Origin: Catajapyx aquilonaris
Taxonomy: Eukaryota
Direction of reading: 5' to 3'
DNA length: 64,000 nucleotides
NCBI GenBank assembly: GCA_000934665.2
Contig: JYFJ02000684.1
Span: 1-64,000, forward strand
A model generated the notes under the pieces. That model worked only from the letters and a program-made list of their open reading frames with translations, ran no database searches and was not told the origin of the DNA. Below, piece by piece: positions 26,246-38,238 of the stretch; the stretch's first letter is position 1; each line of letters opens with the position of its first letter. A program made the position numbers and the translations under genes.

Positions 26246-26550
26246 CGCGTGCACCAACTGTGTCTGCTCACTATAAATAATATGACTGCTGCGAGACCTG
26301 GCTGGATTAGTCGATTCGTCCCCCAAACGGGTGATATCTACACGTTGACTTCCTGCCAGCAGCAATCATCAGCATGAGAATGTCAATATTTGCATCCAAA
26401 CCGCACATCTTCTGTACAATAATAAGAATTTATGACTCATTGTTGGATTGCATATACGTATCTTACAGGAAATCTTCCGGGACCATCATACCTTAGTATA
26501 ATTATAAACTTCAAATGTACCGGTATGTAATGCCAACACCAATTTCACTA

Positions 26551-26731
26551 CACTGTAAACCACAAAACATTAAAATAGCATCACTGGTGATCCTCGCATG
26601 GATCATCAATTTTTTGATGCTCTGTGATGCTTTTTAGAAACAAAAAAACATCCCATGAGCATTTGAAGAGCGTTAAAAATTGATGTTCCGACTCACTAGT
26701 GATGCTCACTAATGTTTTGCGGTTTACAGTG
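26551..26731. mobile_element. MITE with CACTG termini and TA flanks
   Basis: TA|CACTGTAAACCACAAAACATTA ... TAATGTTTTGCGGTTTACAGTG|TA. Confidence 0.8.
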
Positions 26732-26905
26732 TACTCTATTTTTTTCGCCTTAATCTACTTTTTGATAAGCAGTTACATTCAAAGCACAACGTAAGCATTA
26801 AATTCGAATAATTTATTGAAAGGGACATGAATGACACTTCGCCTCAACCTAATGTGATAGAAACTAATGACTTTAGAAGCCTCTGAAAGTTTATTATTAT
26901 TAGCG

Positions 26906-26971
<66 letters not shown>
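26906..26971. repeat. (TCA)n microsatellite
   Basis: About 22 TCA units. Confidence 0.95.
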
Positions 26972-27017
26972 CCATTACATCCAGTGCCATGTAACCCTCA
27001 AATTAATGAAAATCTAC

Positions 27018-27165
27018 CAGCACACATGTTGGAGTCCTCGACGGTCAGGTCCACAGAGATGTTTCCGCAGAGCAAAGAAGCGGAAGGCTTTTGAAATGTT
27101 TCCTGTAGCTCAACGAACTCTCTGGTATAGAACCGCGTGGAGTCGGCCCCAGTGTCGATCTTGAA
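27018..27165 (-). pseudogene. Isolated exon-like fragment, possibly from a trypsin-family serine protease
   Basis: Open frame IDTGADSTRFYTREFVELQETFQKPSASLLCGNISVDLTVEDSNMCA ending at a phase-1 donor G|gtag; no partner exons seen. Confidence 0.3.
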
Positions 27166-27418
27166 ACATCATAGGCATAGTAGACTAACCATACAACAAT
27201 AGGTCACTTTCGGAGATATATTAAAATATTGCTGAACATATTGACTGACAAAATACGTATTATGCGAATAATATCACGAATTGTAACAACGCAATTTTGG
27301 GGCGAAATTTTTAAATCAAGAGCTTCAGAGATTCAAAGTGGATGGTAGGCCTATACATGCTGATCAATTGTCCGGTTTTCTGGCACGGAAACAGACGATT
27401 CTGATGAATAACCTGTTG

Positions 27419-30400
27419 TCAATCAGTTTGCGTCAGTGTGCCCGAATCAGTCTTTGTTACTCCGGAGATCGCGATGGACGTGGATTCTCCGGGTTTGCTT
27501 CTCACGAGGCACCAACAAGACCTCCAGTGGTGCCAACAAGCGAAGAAAGTCGCCACAACCACAGACTGAAGCATGAAGAGATAAAAAATAAGAGTGCCAT
27601 AATTCAGTATAGCTGTGGCATTATCCTACATAGACACATACCATGAAAAGATTGAAAGCCCCAGCAATTGTGGTGGACATTTCAAATCCGTAGTGATCCA
27701 CTAGGATACCACTTGCAGACGGACCTATCGTATCTCTGGAAAAGAGAGAAAAAAAGCAAGTCATACTCGTCACGTCATTATGTCATCTCGCGTCACATTT
27801 ACCCGAGGTAATACATGGAGGTCCACAGACCCCCGATGACGCTGTATGTCCCTATGCTGTCATCCATGCCACCATCCCTGCAATAAGTTAAAACCACGTC
27901 TGTAAATCTGACAATTATTTACATCTTTAGTTTACGTACTTGGCGTAATCTATGAAGGACTGGTAGGTCGGTACCAAAACCATGGCGCAGGTGACTGCAA
28001 TGATGGTCAGGGACACCAGGTTCAGCCAGATGGTTCTGAGGAAACACAAGCTCTTGTAATTGGGCGGCCAGCTACACATTGTTACGCCAACAATGCAACT
28101 GACTTGGGCAAGAAGTACAGGAAACTCGAGGGTCCGATCAGGAGCATCCCAACCGATGAGAGTGCAAGTCCAACGGCCATGAGTGGCCAGGAACGATTCA
28201 TGGCGTCTCCTATGGCGCCTACGATTGGGCATGATATGGCGTAGATGCCTGCTAACCACACGAAAAACAATCCCAGGATTTGAGGAGACAGGTCAAACTG
28301 GAAGAATAAATGATCCATATCAAAATTACACAAGTGTTTGGGAGGCTGCTCTATTTGCAAGTTTTCTGGCATTTGTTGCACATGACACAACTATACTCAC
28401 TTGCTGAAGATGTATGGCCAATGTAGGCTGCAGGTACGTCCAGATCAATGAGCTGAACATGGTCATGAACGCAATCACTACCGTGGGTGGGTGCTTGAAG
28501 AATGAAAATATGCTTCCACTCCTGGGGTGAGTTGCTTCAAATTGATAAAAAATATTACAAAATTGCACATGTAGATGCATCACAATCGAGGCATTGCAGT
28601 TTACTAACCATCACAGGCGTGTATTAAGCACGCCAGGCACGGGATATTTATCAGGATGATCGTTCCCAATGTAACAAACGGTGCTGGATATCCTCCCCAC
28701 TGGGAAGGACAGTCATGCATGTTTCATTGCGGCGCAATTAGTATCAGAGATTCTCAAGACAGTCTATACATACAGCGTACAGGAACCCTCCAATCCCAGG
28801 TCCTATGCTGAGACCCAAACCAATGGACATCTCCGTAACACCCTAAGGATTTAAAAGGGGCCGATTAATCGAGGATTCTGTTCGCTTTGCAGAGAAATGT
28901 CTTACCATAATGGTTCCCATATTTTTGGGAAACATGGTGGCCATCAGCGTGATGGTCGATGTCACATAGGCGGCTGCTCCAAGAGCTTCCATGATTCGAA
29001 CCAAAAAGCAAAACAACGTGAACAAAGTCGAGTTGTCCAGCTTGTCCAATAAACTAAGGAGAAAAAAACACAATGAGTAAGGGTGGAATTCAGAGGGACC
29101 AACTTTTTAGGAAGAGTTTCAACTTCAGAGTGAAGAAGAAAGAAATTAAACGGAAAGAGTGGAAGCAGGTTATACCCAAAGAGAATGTTGCATACTCCAG
29201 AAAGGGCCAGTCCGGACATCATCACCCTCTTCAGTCCCAAATGAGGGATCTGTGTATGTATAGCATATGAAATCAGATTAATATGAATTTGAATAAGCAC
29301 ATCAGATGTTACAGCCGTTCTCACCACTCACAATTTTGCCAAATATTGGGCAGGCCACGAAGTTGACCATCGCAAAACATCCGAACACCAGACCCGTCAC
29401 TGAAGGACTCATTCCTTTCATCGCAGCCTGTTGATATTTTTTTTATGTGTTGTAAGAGTTAATGAGGTGTAATATTAATATAATGAGAGGAAACTTTGGT
29501 CGACATCAGAAGATAAAATCATTTCCATACGATGTTAATAAAGATTAAAGATGCACTTTATACAAACAGAAACAAACGGATTACAGCTCTCAAATAATAA
29601 TAATTATTAGATATCCTCATCATTATATCGTGTAAAACCTGTTGCCGTGTGCTCGCCGTAAAATAATGTTATAATAATTTTATTAGCAGGCTACTCTACA
29701 TACCGGTACTGTACTACATGCGTACATTACATTCAGGTTTACGAGGCCATCAGTGCCTTGCAATCCGAGGCCACAGCTGTCTGCTGAACTACTGTGCTCA
29801 TACAGAATGTTGCAATTGAGTCCCCATTTAGTTAGCAACCTTTTGCTTCAGAGCTGCTTATAGTAAGCAAGTAAGAAGTCATTTTTAGTATACCCTCAAA
29901 AGTATCAGCTACTAATGGGCAATTCCACGTGAACGTGGCCACCTTTTGCACGAAAAAATTTGCCCGTCGATGAGTGTGAGATATGTTTGAGTCCATGTCA
30001 AGTCATGACCTTTCCCATAGGGATTTGGTCCGCCGATGCGTGGTTGCCTATCTACAGGCGCTAATTGCACTTGGATCACAGTTAGAGGCGCCCCCCTATT
30101 ACATTTACATGACAACGTAAATGCATGATGTAATACATGTTTCATGTGTGAAATTGTCTCCTCTTTCCGATGAAAATAGTCACTTTCCGATAGCTGTGCA
30201 AATTCATGTCACAAAGCGAGATTTTTGCAAACAAATGACATTTTCAACAAAAGAGCCAAAGTCAAATGTCATCGCATTGATATCAAAATACACCTCCCAG
30301 TGTCCTCTATCAGTGGTACAAACGGAATTTTGGAATACGAAATGGTTACGGAGCTATAGGTACTGACGTGGAGCGCTGCGCTAGTGGCCACGCCGCTGAA

Positions 30401-32417
30401 TGAAAATGAGCGGCCCACCTAGGTCCGTCTTCATGTCTCAGGTAGTGTACGCTTGTCATTTGTGTTTAATTCAATTAATAATATAGTTAATGTAGTTATA
30501 GTTTTAATATATCTAGAAATAGTTCCAAATAAATTTGGTCCGCTACTGGGCAATTCCACGTGAACGTGATCACCTTTTGCACAAAAAAATCTGACCATCG
30601 ATAAGTGTCAAAGTGTGAGGAGATATGTTTAGGTCCATGTTAGAACCTTTCGCATAAGAACTTGGTCCGCTGATGCGTGGTTGCCTCTCTACAGGCGTAA
30701 ATTATTGTACTTTGATCACATTTACACGACAATGTAAATGCTTGATATGATACAAGTTTCATGTGTGAAATTGTCTCCTCTTTTCGACAAAAATGCTAAC
30801 TTCCTGACAGATGTGCAAATTCATGGCAAAAAGCGAGAATTTTGCAAACAAATGAAATTTTCGAAACGAGAGGCAAAGTTAAATAACATCAGTCATCACA
30901 TTGATATCAAAAAATTCCTCATAGTGTCCTCTATCAGCCATATACAAACGGAATTTTGGCATACGCAAGGGTTACGGAGCTATAATCACTGACGTGGAGG
31001 GGTGCAGGAGCGCAATATATTCCATTATAGTGAAAGCAAGGGGCCCGTATGGATCCGCAAGGAATTCCGTACAGGCCTCAACAGTGAACATTCATTTGGA
31101 CTGTGACTAGGAACGAATAGAGGAATGAATATAAATAAAAAGTATACATGTTTCTCTATTGTAAATAATAATCAAGCATATTTTAACACACACTTGACAC
31201 TTGTGAAAATTGAAACTGTGTTGAACATGACAAGGGAATTTTCATTTATTCTTACTATTCTATGGTAAATTTTTTTGAACTATATTATTAAGTGAATTAA
31301 ACACAAAGGACAAGCGTACACTACCTGAGACATGAAGACGGACCTAGGTGGGCCGCTCATTTTCATTCAGCGGCGTGGCCACTAGCGCAGCGCTCCACGT
31401 CAGTTCCTATAGCTCCGTAACCATTTCGTATTCCAAAATTCCGTTTGTACCACTGATAGAGGACACTGGGAGGTGTATTTTGATATCAATGCGATGACAT
31501 TTGACTTTGGCTCTTTTGTTGAAAATGTCATTTGTTTGCAAAAATCTCGCTTTGTGACATGAATTTGCACAGCTATCGGAAAGTGACTATTTTTGTCGGA
31601 AAGAGGAGACAATTTCACACATGAAACATGTATTACATCATGCATTTACGTTGTCATGTAAATGTAATAGGGGGGCGCCTCTAACTGTGATCCAAGTGCA
31701 ATTAGCGCCTGTAGATAGGCAACCACGCATCGGCGGACCAAATCCCTATGGGAAAGGTCATGACTTGACATGGACTCAAACATATCTCACACTCATCGAC
31801 GGGCAAATTTTTTCGTGCAAAAGGTGGCCACGTTCACGTGGAATTGCCCTAATATTGGTTAGATATTAATGACTTAATATACTTCTCTAAACTTGAGCTT
31901 TGGTAAACAGATGATCGTAACTCAAAATGAAGCGTATTTATAATATTAACATTGATCATGAAGTGATTAACAGTGGTCGTCCCGTATGACATTTCAGTTC
32001 TTGGCTATGAAAATTGCAATGACGATTGCGGACTCCCTTAGGAAATTAATTATGAAATTATGCAGGTGGGTATAGCCGGAGAGAGAACAACACATCTGGC
32101 AGGACATCATGATTGTGTAGCAAAAGTACCATCCATAATCAAATGACACACAGTCTGCGCTTGCACCTGGATTGCGATGCTATGTGCATTATAATCAGTA
32201 ATACACTATACATACATACATACATTCATACATTTCCTTCACGGCATATTCCCATCAAGATGGGGTTACCAGCGATGACCAGGTAGGCCTTACAGTCCAC
32301 CTGGTCATCTCGAACGACCAGTATAATGAATCCTCTGGTGACTGGTCAGGCCACGCAGAGGATATAATGAATATGATACACTATAATAATAATAATAATA
32401 ATAATTATGGTCCTGTG

Positions 32418-32448
<31 letters not shown>

Positions 32449-32974
32449 GGTTTAATGGCGCAACAGCAGCAATAGCTATACTGCGCCAAGCACCTGTGAC
32501 GTTGTAGGGCAGGGCAGGCAATACCACCCCAACCCCAACGTTAATGGTCCTGTGAAAAGGATGTTAAACTCCATATTTATCCTCTGATGCTCTGAAGCTC
32601 ACCCTCCAAGACTATAATAATTATATAGCGTGCATGAATCATTAAACAAAGAATTTTGTCTACATTGAGAGATGGTTCACTAGAAAGATCCGCCAAGTTG
32701 TGCAAACCCATAGGTGACATCACGTCATGTCATAGTGTGTGTGGTGACATCACCAAAATCACTAAAATGGATCCAACAGTGATAATAACAAACTGACCTC
32801 CCCAGGGAAGAAAGGAGCCAGGGAGGAGAGAGTGGCGAAGTTGAGGAAGTCCAGACAGAGGATGGAGGCCACGGTGAGGACCTCCTTTCGAGAGAGGCTC
32901 CTCAGGAAGGAGATCACTCCGTTGCTCCTTGTCCTCTCGCCCGATCCGACATCATCGATGATGATGGCACCCAT
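27419..32974 (-). CDS. SLC18B1-like MFS transporter, copy C (recent duplicate of B; intron 1 expanded by TEs)
   Basis: Same exon chain as B, near-identical DNA; ends ...GTLTQTD*; ATG at 32972-32974. Confidence 0.85.
29917..31849. mobile_element. Non-autonomous long-TIR DNA transposon, Sola2-like
   Basis: ~560-bp near-identical TIRs (29917-~30480 and ~31286-31849) beginning GGGCAATTCCACGTG; 4-bp TSD TAAT (29913-29916, 31850-31853); GRG termini, 4-bp TSD and very long TIRs fit Sola2; no transposase ORF. Confidence 0.85.
32208..32350 (-). mobile_element. Probable truncated LINE/SINE 3' tail
   Basis: Minus strand: stem-loop CCCATCTTGATGGG, then AATATGCCGTGAAGGAAATG and a (TATG)n tail; no TSD identified. 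Confidence 0.4.
32418..32543 (-). mobile_element. 5'-truncated non-LTR retroelement tail
   Basis: 11-bp TSD ATGGTCCTGTG (32407-32417, 32544-32554); stem-loop TGGCGCA...TGCGCCA, ATTAAA and (AATC)n tail on the minus strand. Confidence 0.8.
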
Positions 32975-33082
32975 CGCGTGCACCAACTGTGTCTGATGCT
33001 CACTATAAATAATATGACTGCTGTGAGACCTGGCTGGATTAGTCGATTCCTCCCCCAAACGGGTGATATCTACACGTACGTG

Positions 33083-33269
33083 ATGAAGGAATCTTTACGA
33101 CTTGCTTTGTTTTACTTGCAAGTGTCGCAATTTGTGTTCTAGTTGTTACAGCTACACACAACACATGCATGTTACATACTTCTGAAATATGTGGAAAAAC
33201 CTTCTTTCGCCCCGTGACCACTACGGGCCTCAGGATCCACCAATACCCAGGATTCTTCGACATGTATCT
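33083..33269 (-). pseudogene. Duplicated fragment (most of one exon plus the following intron) of the neighbouring TTLL9-like gene
   Basis: Near-identical to ~35240-35424 (TGAAGGAATCTTTACGACTTG...GACATGTATCT); encodes RYMSKNPGYWWILRPVVVTGRKKVF. Confidence 0.9.
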
Positions 33270-33862
33270 GATTATTTGGTATATTATTATTATCACTGTT
33301 GGATTATTTATTGAAAGGGACACAAATGACAATTCGCCTCAACCTAATATTATAGAAACTAATGACATTAGAAGCCTCGGAAAGTTTTCTGCCGTTAAAT
33401 TGAAAAGTCACCCTGCACCATATTATTCAGGGAGTTACATTGCCTAATATTTTATTACATCATCCATATTGCATTTGGCACCATATAACATGCCTATACT
33501 GTATTATTGTCATGGACACAGTCATCATGTAACTGCAAGGTTATTGATGATTATAATTATTAATAGTGTGGCGGGTGTAATAACTCGCGCAATAAAAAAA
33601 CAACATAAACGGCACTTGTGCTGTCGCTACATCACAACTCAGCATGACAGAATCCTGAAGAAACACACAGAAGACGTAATGCATGACATCGCAATATATT
33701 TTATTTCTTCCACACTGTTTCGACACACTTTTAAATTAATATATCGTCCATCGTTTTACGCATATATAAAAAAAAATGTTACATAATAAAATATGCTGTG
33801 GTGTACACTGCCGATTCTTTTCTTCCTCTTCCTACATGATTTGCCAAAATTCCATTCCATCG

Positions 33863-36800
33863 TCATCGCAGCCTGGCCTTGTGCTTGAGCAGCTTCAGAT
33901 TCATCACCCTGTCTTTGATCCCTTTGCCTGATCCCACCGAGAAAAGAGGAGACAAATAATTAATAGTATATGTAAAGTGCCACCAAACATTTTGCGTTCA
34001 GCAGTGCCCAATTGTGGTGCAGGATGAAAAGTTGTGGACTACTTTCTCCAGCAGTTTGCTGGAAGTGAGGATTTATTTTTAATCAGCAAGCGTCTCTCAC
34101 CAAGATGCGTAGGGGGCATGAAGTGCGTGCCTGTGAAGCAGCTGTAGTGCTGCTGCTTGGTCAGTACACAGGGCACGGGTCCATCCCTCCAGATCAGATC
34201 GAAACCACCAATGCGATTGGCCGACTTATTCGTCCTGCAAAGTAAAAACAAACTAAAGCACAATGCGCAACAAAAAACTGACCACTTGAAATGAGGTCGG
34301 TGACTCCCGTACTACTGTTTGACCTGCACCCACCTGTACTTTCGTTCCAAGTCCAGTATGTTGAAGCAGTCGTGCAGAATGGCTCTCTGGAGGAAGTTTT
34401 CTCCGAGCTGCAAGTTGTCGAACGTGGGGATCTTCATGCTCAAGAACCACCTGCCGAAGACAGAAAAAAATGCCTCGAAAAAAAAATGGTTATTAGAATA
34501 AACTCGGATGGCGGCGGCTCACGGTTTCTTGTCCTTGTCTAACATGACGTCGAATGTGTAGAGGGCGAAGGACTGCCTGGTCTTCTTGCTGGTGTCGGCC
34601 CTCAGGCTGAGGAGGACGTTCACCACGACGGCGTGCACCCGGTGCATCAGCTCGTCCACGTTCCAGGACTTGTCCGACATGTTGGTCAGGACCGTGCGGA
34701 TCTCGCTCAGAGACGACTGGAGTTTCTGACCGATCAAACAAAAAAAAAAGGGTCAGTCGGAAACGGAGTCTGAAAACAAACAAACAAACAAACAAGAAGC
34801 CAGACCTTTTTCTCCGACTCATCCAACCCTTCCTTCGGAAACTCCGGGTCTGTGATGTGTGCCTGTGGATACCTCAGGTTTCTCTGGGTGTACCTGGCAC
34901 CAGCGTAGTGCGCCAAGCCCTCTCGGTACACCCACACTTTCAGAGGGTAGTACTGTGGGTTTGGAAGGAAGGAAAAAATAAATAAATTTCGTACACAAAT
35001 CAGACAAAATTAATTTGAAATGACGAACCGACCGATTCGACCATGACGTAAAGGGTCATGTGGAACTTGCGCCTGCCAATCAGCATAGGGTTCTCGATAT
35101 ACCGTTGCACGATGTAACTCGGTTTCTTCCTCCGGACGTACCGGTCGTTGTGCGGCCTGCAGTCGGGACAGGAGCACGTCATCGTCTTCGGGATCCTCCT
35201 CACTTCTCCTGGACTGAATTATGAAGAAAGAAAAAAAAATGAAGGAATCTTTACGACTTGCTTTGTTTTACTTGCAAGTGTCGCAATTTGTGCTCTAGTT
35301 GTTACAGCTACACACAACACATGCATGTTACGTACTTCTGAAATATGTGGAAAATCTTCTTTCGCCCAGTGACCACTGCGGGCCTCAGGATCCACCAATA
35401 CCCAGGATTCTTCGACATGTATCTCATGAGTTGGCAGTACTCTTGCTGGAAACATTCATTGGTGACTGAATATACACCCACATTATGGCAATTACAAGTG
35501 TCCGTCCAGAAAGTCAGCTCAGAGCTCCTCTCGTCCTGACCTCAGATTTCTAACCGAGCTGCCGGATGCCGACCAGTGAGATGACTTTCTGGAGCAACTG
35601 TTGCAGAAGGAAAAAAATTACCGGAATTGCAAAAGTCGGCGGAAAGAAGTCCACCATATCCATCAGTAGCTTGGGCGACAGGTTATTCAGCTGCAACCTG
35701 TAAAAAAAAACACCACAAATTCTGTATGGTGGACATAAAACAGGAGTGTTAGCGTCCCTCATGTGTCGCTTACTGGTATTCCTTGAGGCACATCAGGAGG
35801 CTGAACTTGGAGAGGACCACGGAGTGCGTCTCGAAATGGGAAATGTGCTGCGACTGCTTCAACTGGTGGTTCTTCAGTATGTCCTTGGCTACGCTGTAAT
35901 CGTCCCAGTGAATGTTCCAGTCTTCGCTCGTCGCGTGGTACACCTGAAAACTTGCACAGTATACACCACAACCGCATGTTATGTATAACGTGTGACTGAC
36001 TTTTTCCCATCCTCTGTCCTCCAGCACTTCTGCGACCAAGGGAGACGCATCGCTGCAGATGTAGCACAGCCTGTTTGGAGCCTTCTTTCTCCTGAGCCGT
36101 CCCTCCTTCCTCCTCATCACTTCCTGGAGGTAATTCTCCAGGAAGTGCTTGTCCTCCGTGTCCTCATCCAGGTTCACGCTGTCCATGTCGCTCTCTTCTT
36201 ATGTATATACAGAACCAATATTAGTGGACATTTGTCATTTGTTTAGTCATTTATTTATTTACTTATTTATTTATGTATTTATTTATTTATTTTCAAATTG
36301 TGAATTGGTTAATATCTACATAAATTACTGTAAAATGGTAAAAGGGTAAGAGTTTGTGCTATGTAAACTTGTTTTGTAGGGGCAACTCCCCCTCGGCAAA
36401 AGGTATTGTACCTTAGAAAGGGTAATAAATAATAATAATAATATTAGTGGACAAAAATGGTCAGACTTATTGAGAGGATCTTACCGGACGAGGAATTGGG
36501 GACGTGACCCACTGTCTTTGACCTCTGACTGGACTTGTTTTGTTTCCCTCTGACCTGGTCGTGGCTGGTCTTGACCCGCCTCCTCGTGGGCCTCAACTCC
36601 TCGCACGTGTCCCTGAACTCGTCGCCCACGTTCTCGAACATCAGAGGCACGTGCTGTCCTGTGATGGTCAGTTTCGAGGTGTTTTGGGTCAAATGGAACT
36701 CCTCTACCAGTGTTTCGTACGACGTCGGATGCCTGACCGGCCAGACGTACAGAGACTGCCTTCCTGGTACTGGATACACGGGATTCGTCCTGTCGGTAAG

Positions 36801-38238
36801 ACGGTCCAAGCTGATGGCGATCGCAGTGGAATTGCAGAACTTCATGTGGGTCTTGGACTGCCTGAAGCTCAAAGGAATCCTCTGCTTCCCGGGTGACTTG
36901 ATCCGTCCGGGTGACCATCCTCTGCTGTCCACACCCTTATTATTATTTCTACTCTGAGTGACGAAACCTGGCGGGAAGTCCTCCCCCGGGATCAGGTCGG
37001 AGATGATCACGCACAGCCTCATCTTCTTCTGCTGGGGACAATATAATATTAGCAAGTGATTCGAGTCGACGTTTCAGGATACGTACCTTTTCTTCACTCA
37101 CGACGATTTCCGGCGGCGGCAGACACACATGCCGAACTGGACCAGGTTCCGCCACCTTCTTCGTCGGTTCCTGTTGTGGTACCTCCAGCACAGGAGTCTC
37201 GTCGTGCGATGGCCTGACCAGCAGCAGAGGTGCTGCTCTCTTCGGCGTGTCCTCCCAGCACTTGGAGTACAGGAAGTTGATCTCGGTCATCTTTCCCTTC
37301 AGGATCTCCAGAAAGTCCTCCCTGGTCCTGGACGTGGCCATGCACCTGAACCTCCTCAGAAGGTCGGTCAGATGCGAGCAGACGTTGATGCAGGTGACGG
37401 CTCCTTCCTTCCTTCTCTCCCAGATTATTCTCTTGATCTTCGCAGTCACAAGGTCCAGCAGCATGTGGTGCTCTTCCAGGTTCAACTCCTGATCGACTCG
37501 GACATCCGCTTCAAACAGGACGTCCAACACCTTCATAATGTCGGAGATCACAAAGGCGCGGGTGTCCACTCTGACGCAGCAGGGCAAATGAGCAATCTGC
37601 GGTGGTCCAACCGCAGCTTCCTCCTCTGGTTCTTCCATGTCTTGTACCTTGGTGATGGAGGCCTCAGAGTAGGACCTCATTTGACGTGGAGACATGATGA
37701 CGTGCGTGTTGCTCTTGACTGGCCTTCCTCTGGTCGGATACCTCTTCTGTCCATGGTCTCCTTCACTGCTGTGGGTAGCCCTTGAGATGGTCAGGTCGTG
37801 CTCCTTCCCTACCTTCATGGTCCGCACCATCAGCTCGGAGGAGTACGAGTTGCTCAGGAGCGACTCCAGGTCGCTCTGCATCATACGGTACTGCTTGGAG
37901 AACTTGGTCATGGACAACCAGTCTACTGATGGGGCATCTGGCTTCTTCGGAGGAGCTGGATCTGGAGGCGGCTCATCCCACTTCCCGTTATCCTGAGGAT
38001 TGGCTAGGCCGCTGCTTTGTCTCTGCAAGTTGCTCTTGTTGAACAGCGCACGGAACAGGGTGGCTGTCGTCTCAGACTGGTCGGGTATGGTCAGGATGAA
38101 GTTGGCCGAGAGAGGCTGCTTCGGGTTGAATCCGGACGATGCCCAGTCCACGGCGTCCCTCTTCCCCACCTGCGATGCCATGCCCCTCTCACAAGCATGT
38201 ATACAACAAGGCTGAGTGGCTGTGGAAACAAGCTTCAT
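33863..38238 (-). CDS. TTLL9-like tubulin-tyrosine-ligase-family protein with degenerate active site and long N-terminal extension
   Basis: Exons give RGWEK..EDWNIHW, HISHFETH, DFFPPTFAIP, KNPGYWWILRP, YIVQRYIENPMLIGRRKF, PLKVWVYREG, FDVMLDKDKKPW, and TTLL9-like RIGGFDLIWRDGPV and THLG; stop at 33863-33865. Start may be 38238 or ~38181; the join of upstream exons (38238-37087, 37031-36485) to the TTL domain is in frame but uses an AAG acceptor. Confidence 0.8.
36231..36439 (+). mobile_element. 5'-truncated non-LTR retroelement tail in a TTLL intron
   Basis: 14-bp TSD AATATTAGTGGACA (36217-36230, 36440-36453); ends in AATAAA and (TAA)n. Confidence 0.8.

Noticed and set aside
29912..31869. Mirror-image 77-84 aa ORFs
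   Set aside because: They arise from the TIRs of the transposon and have no protein features
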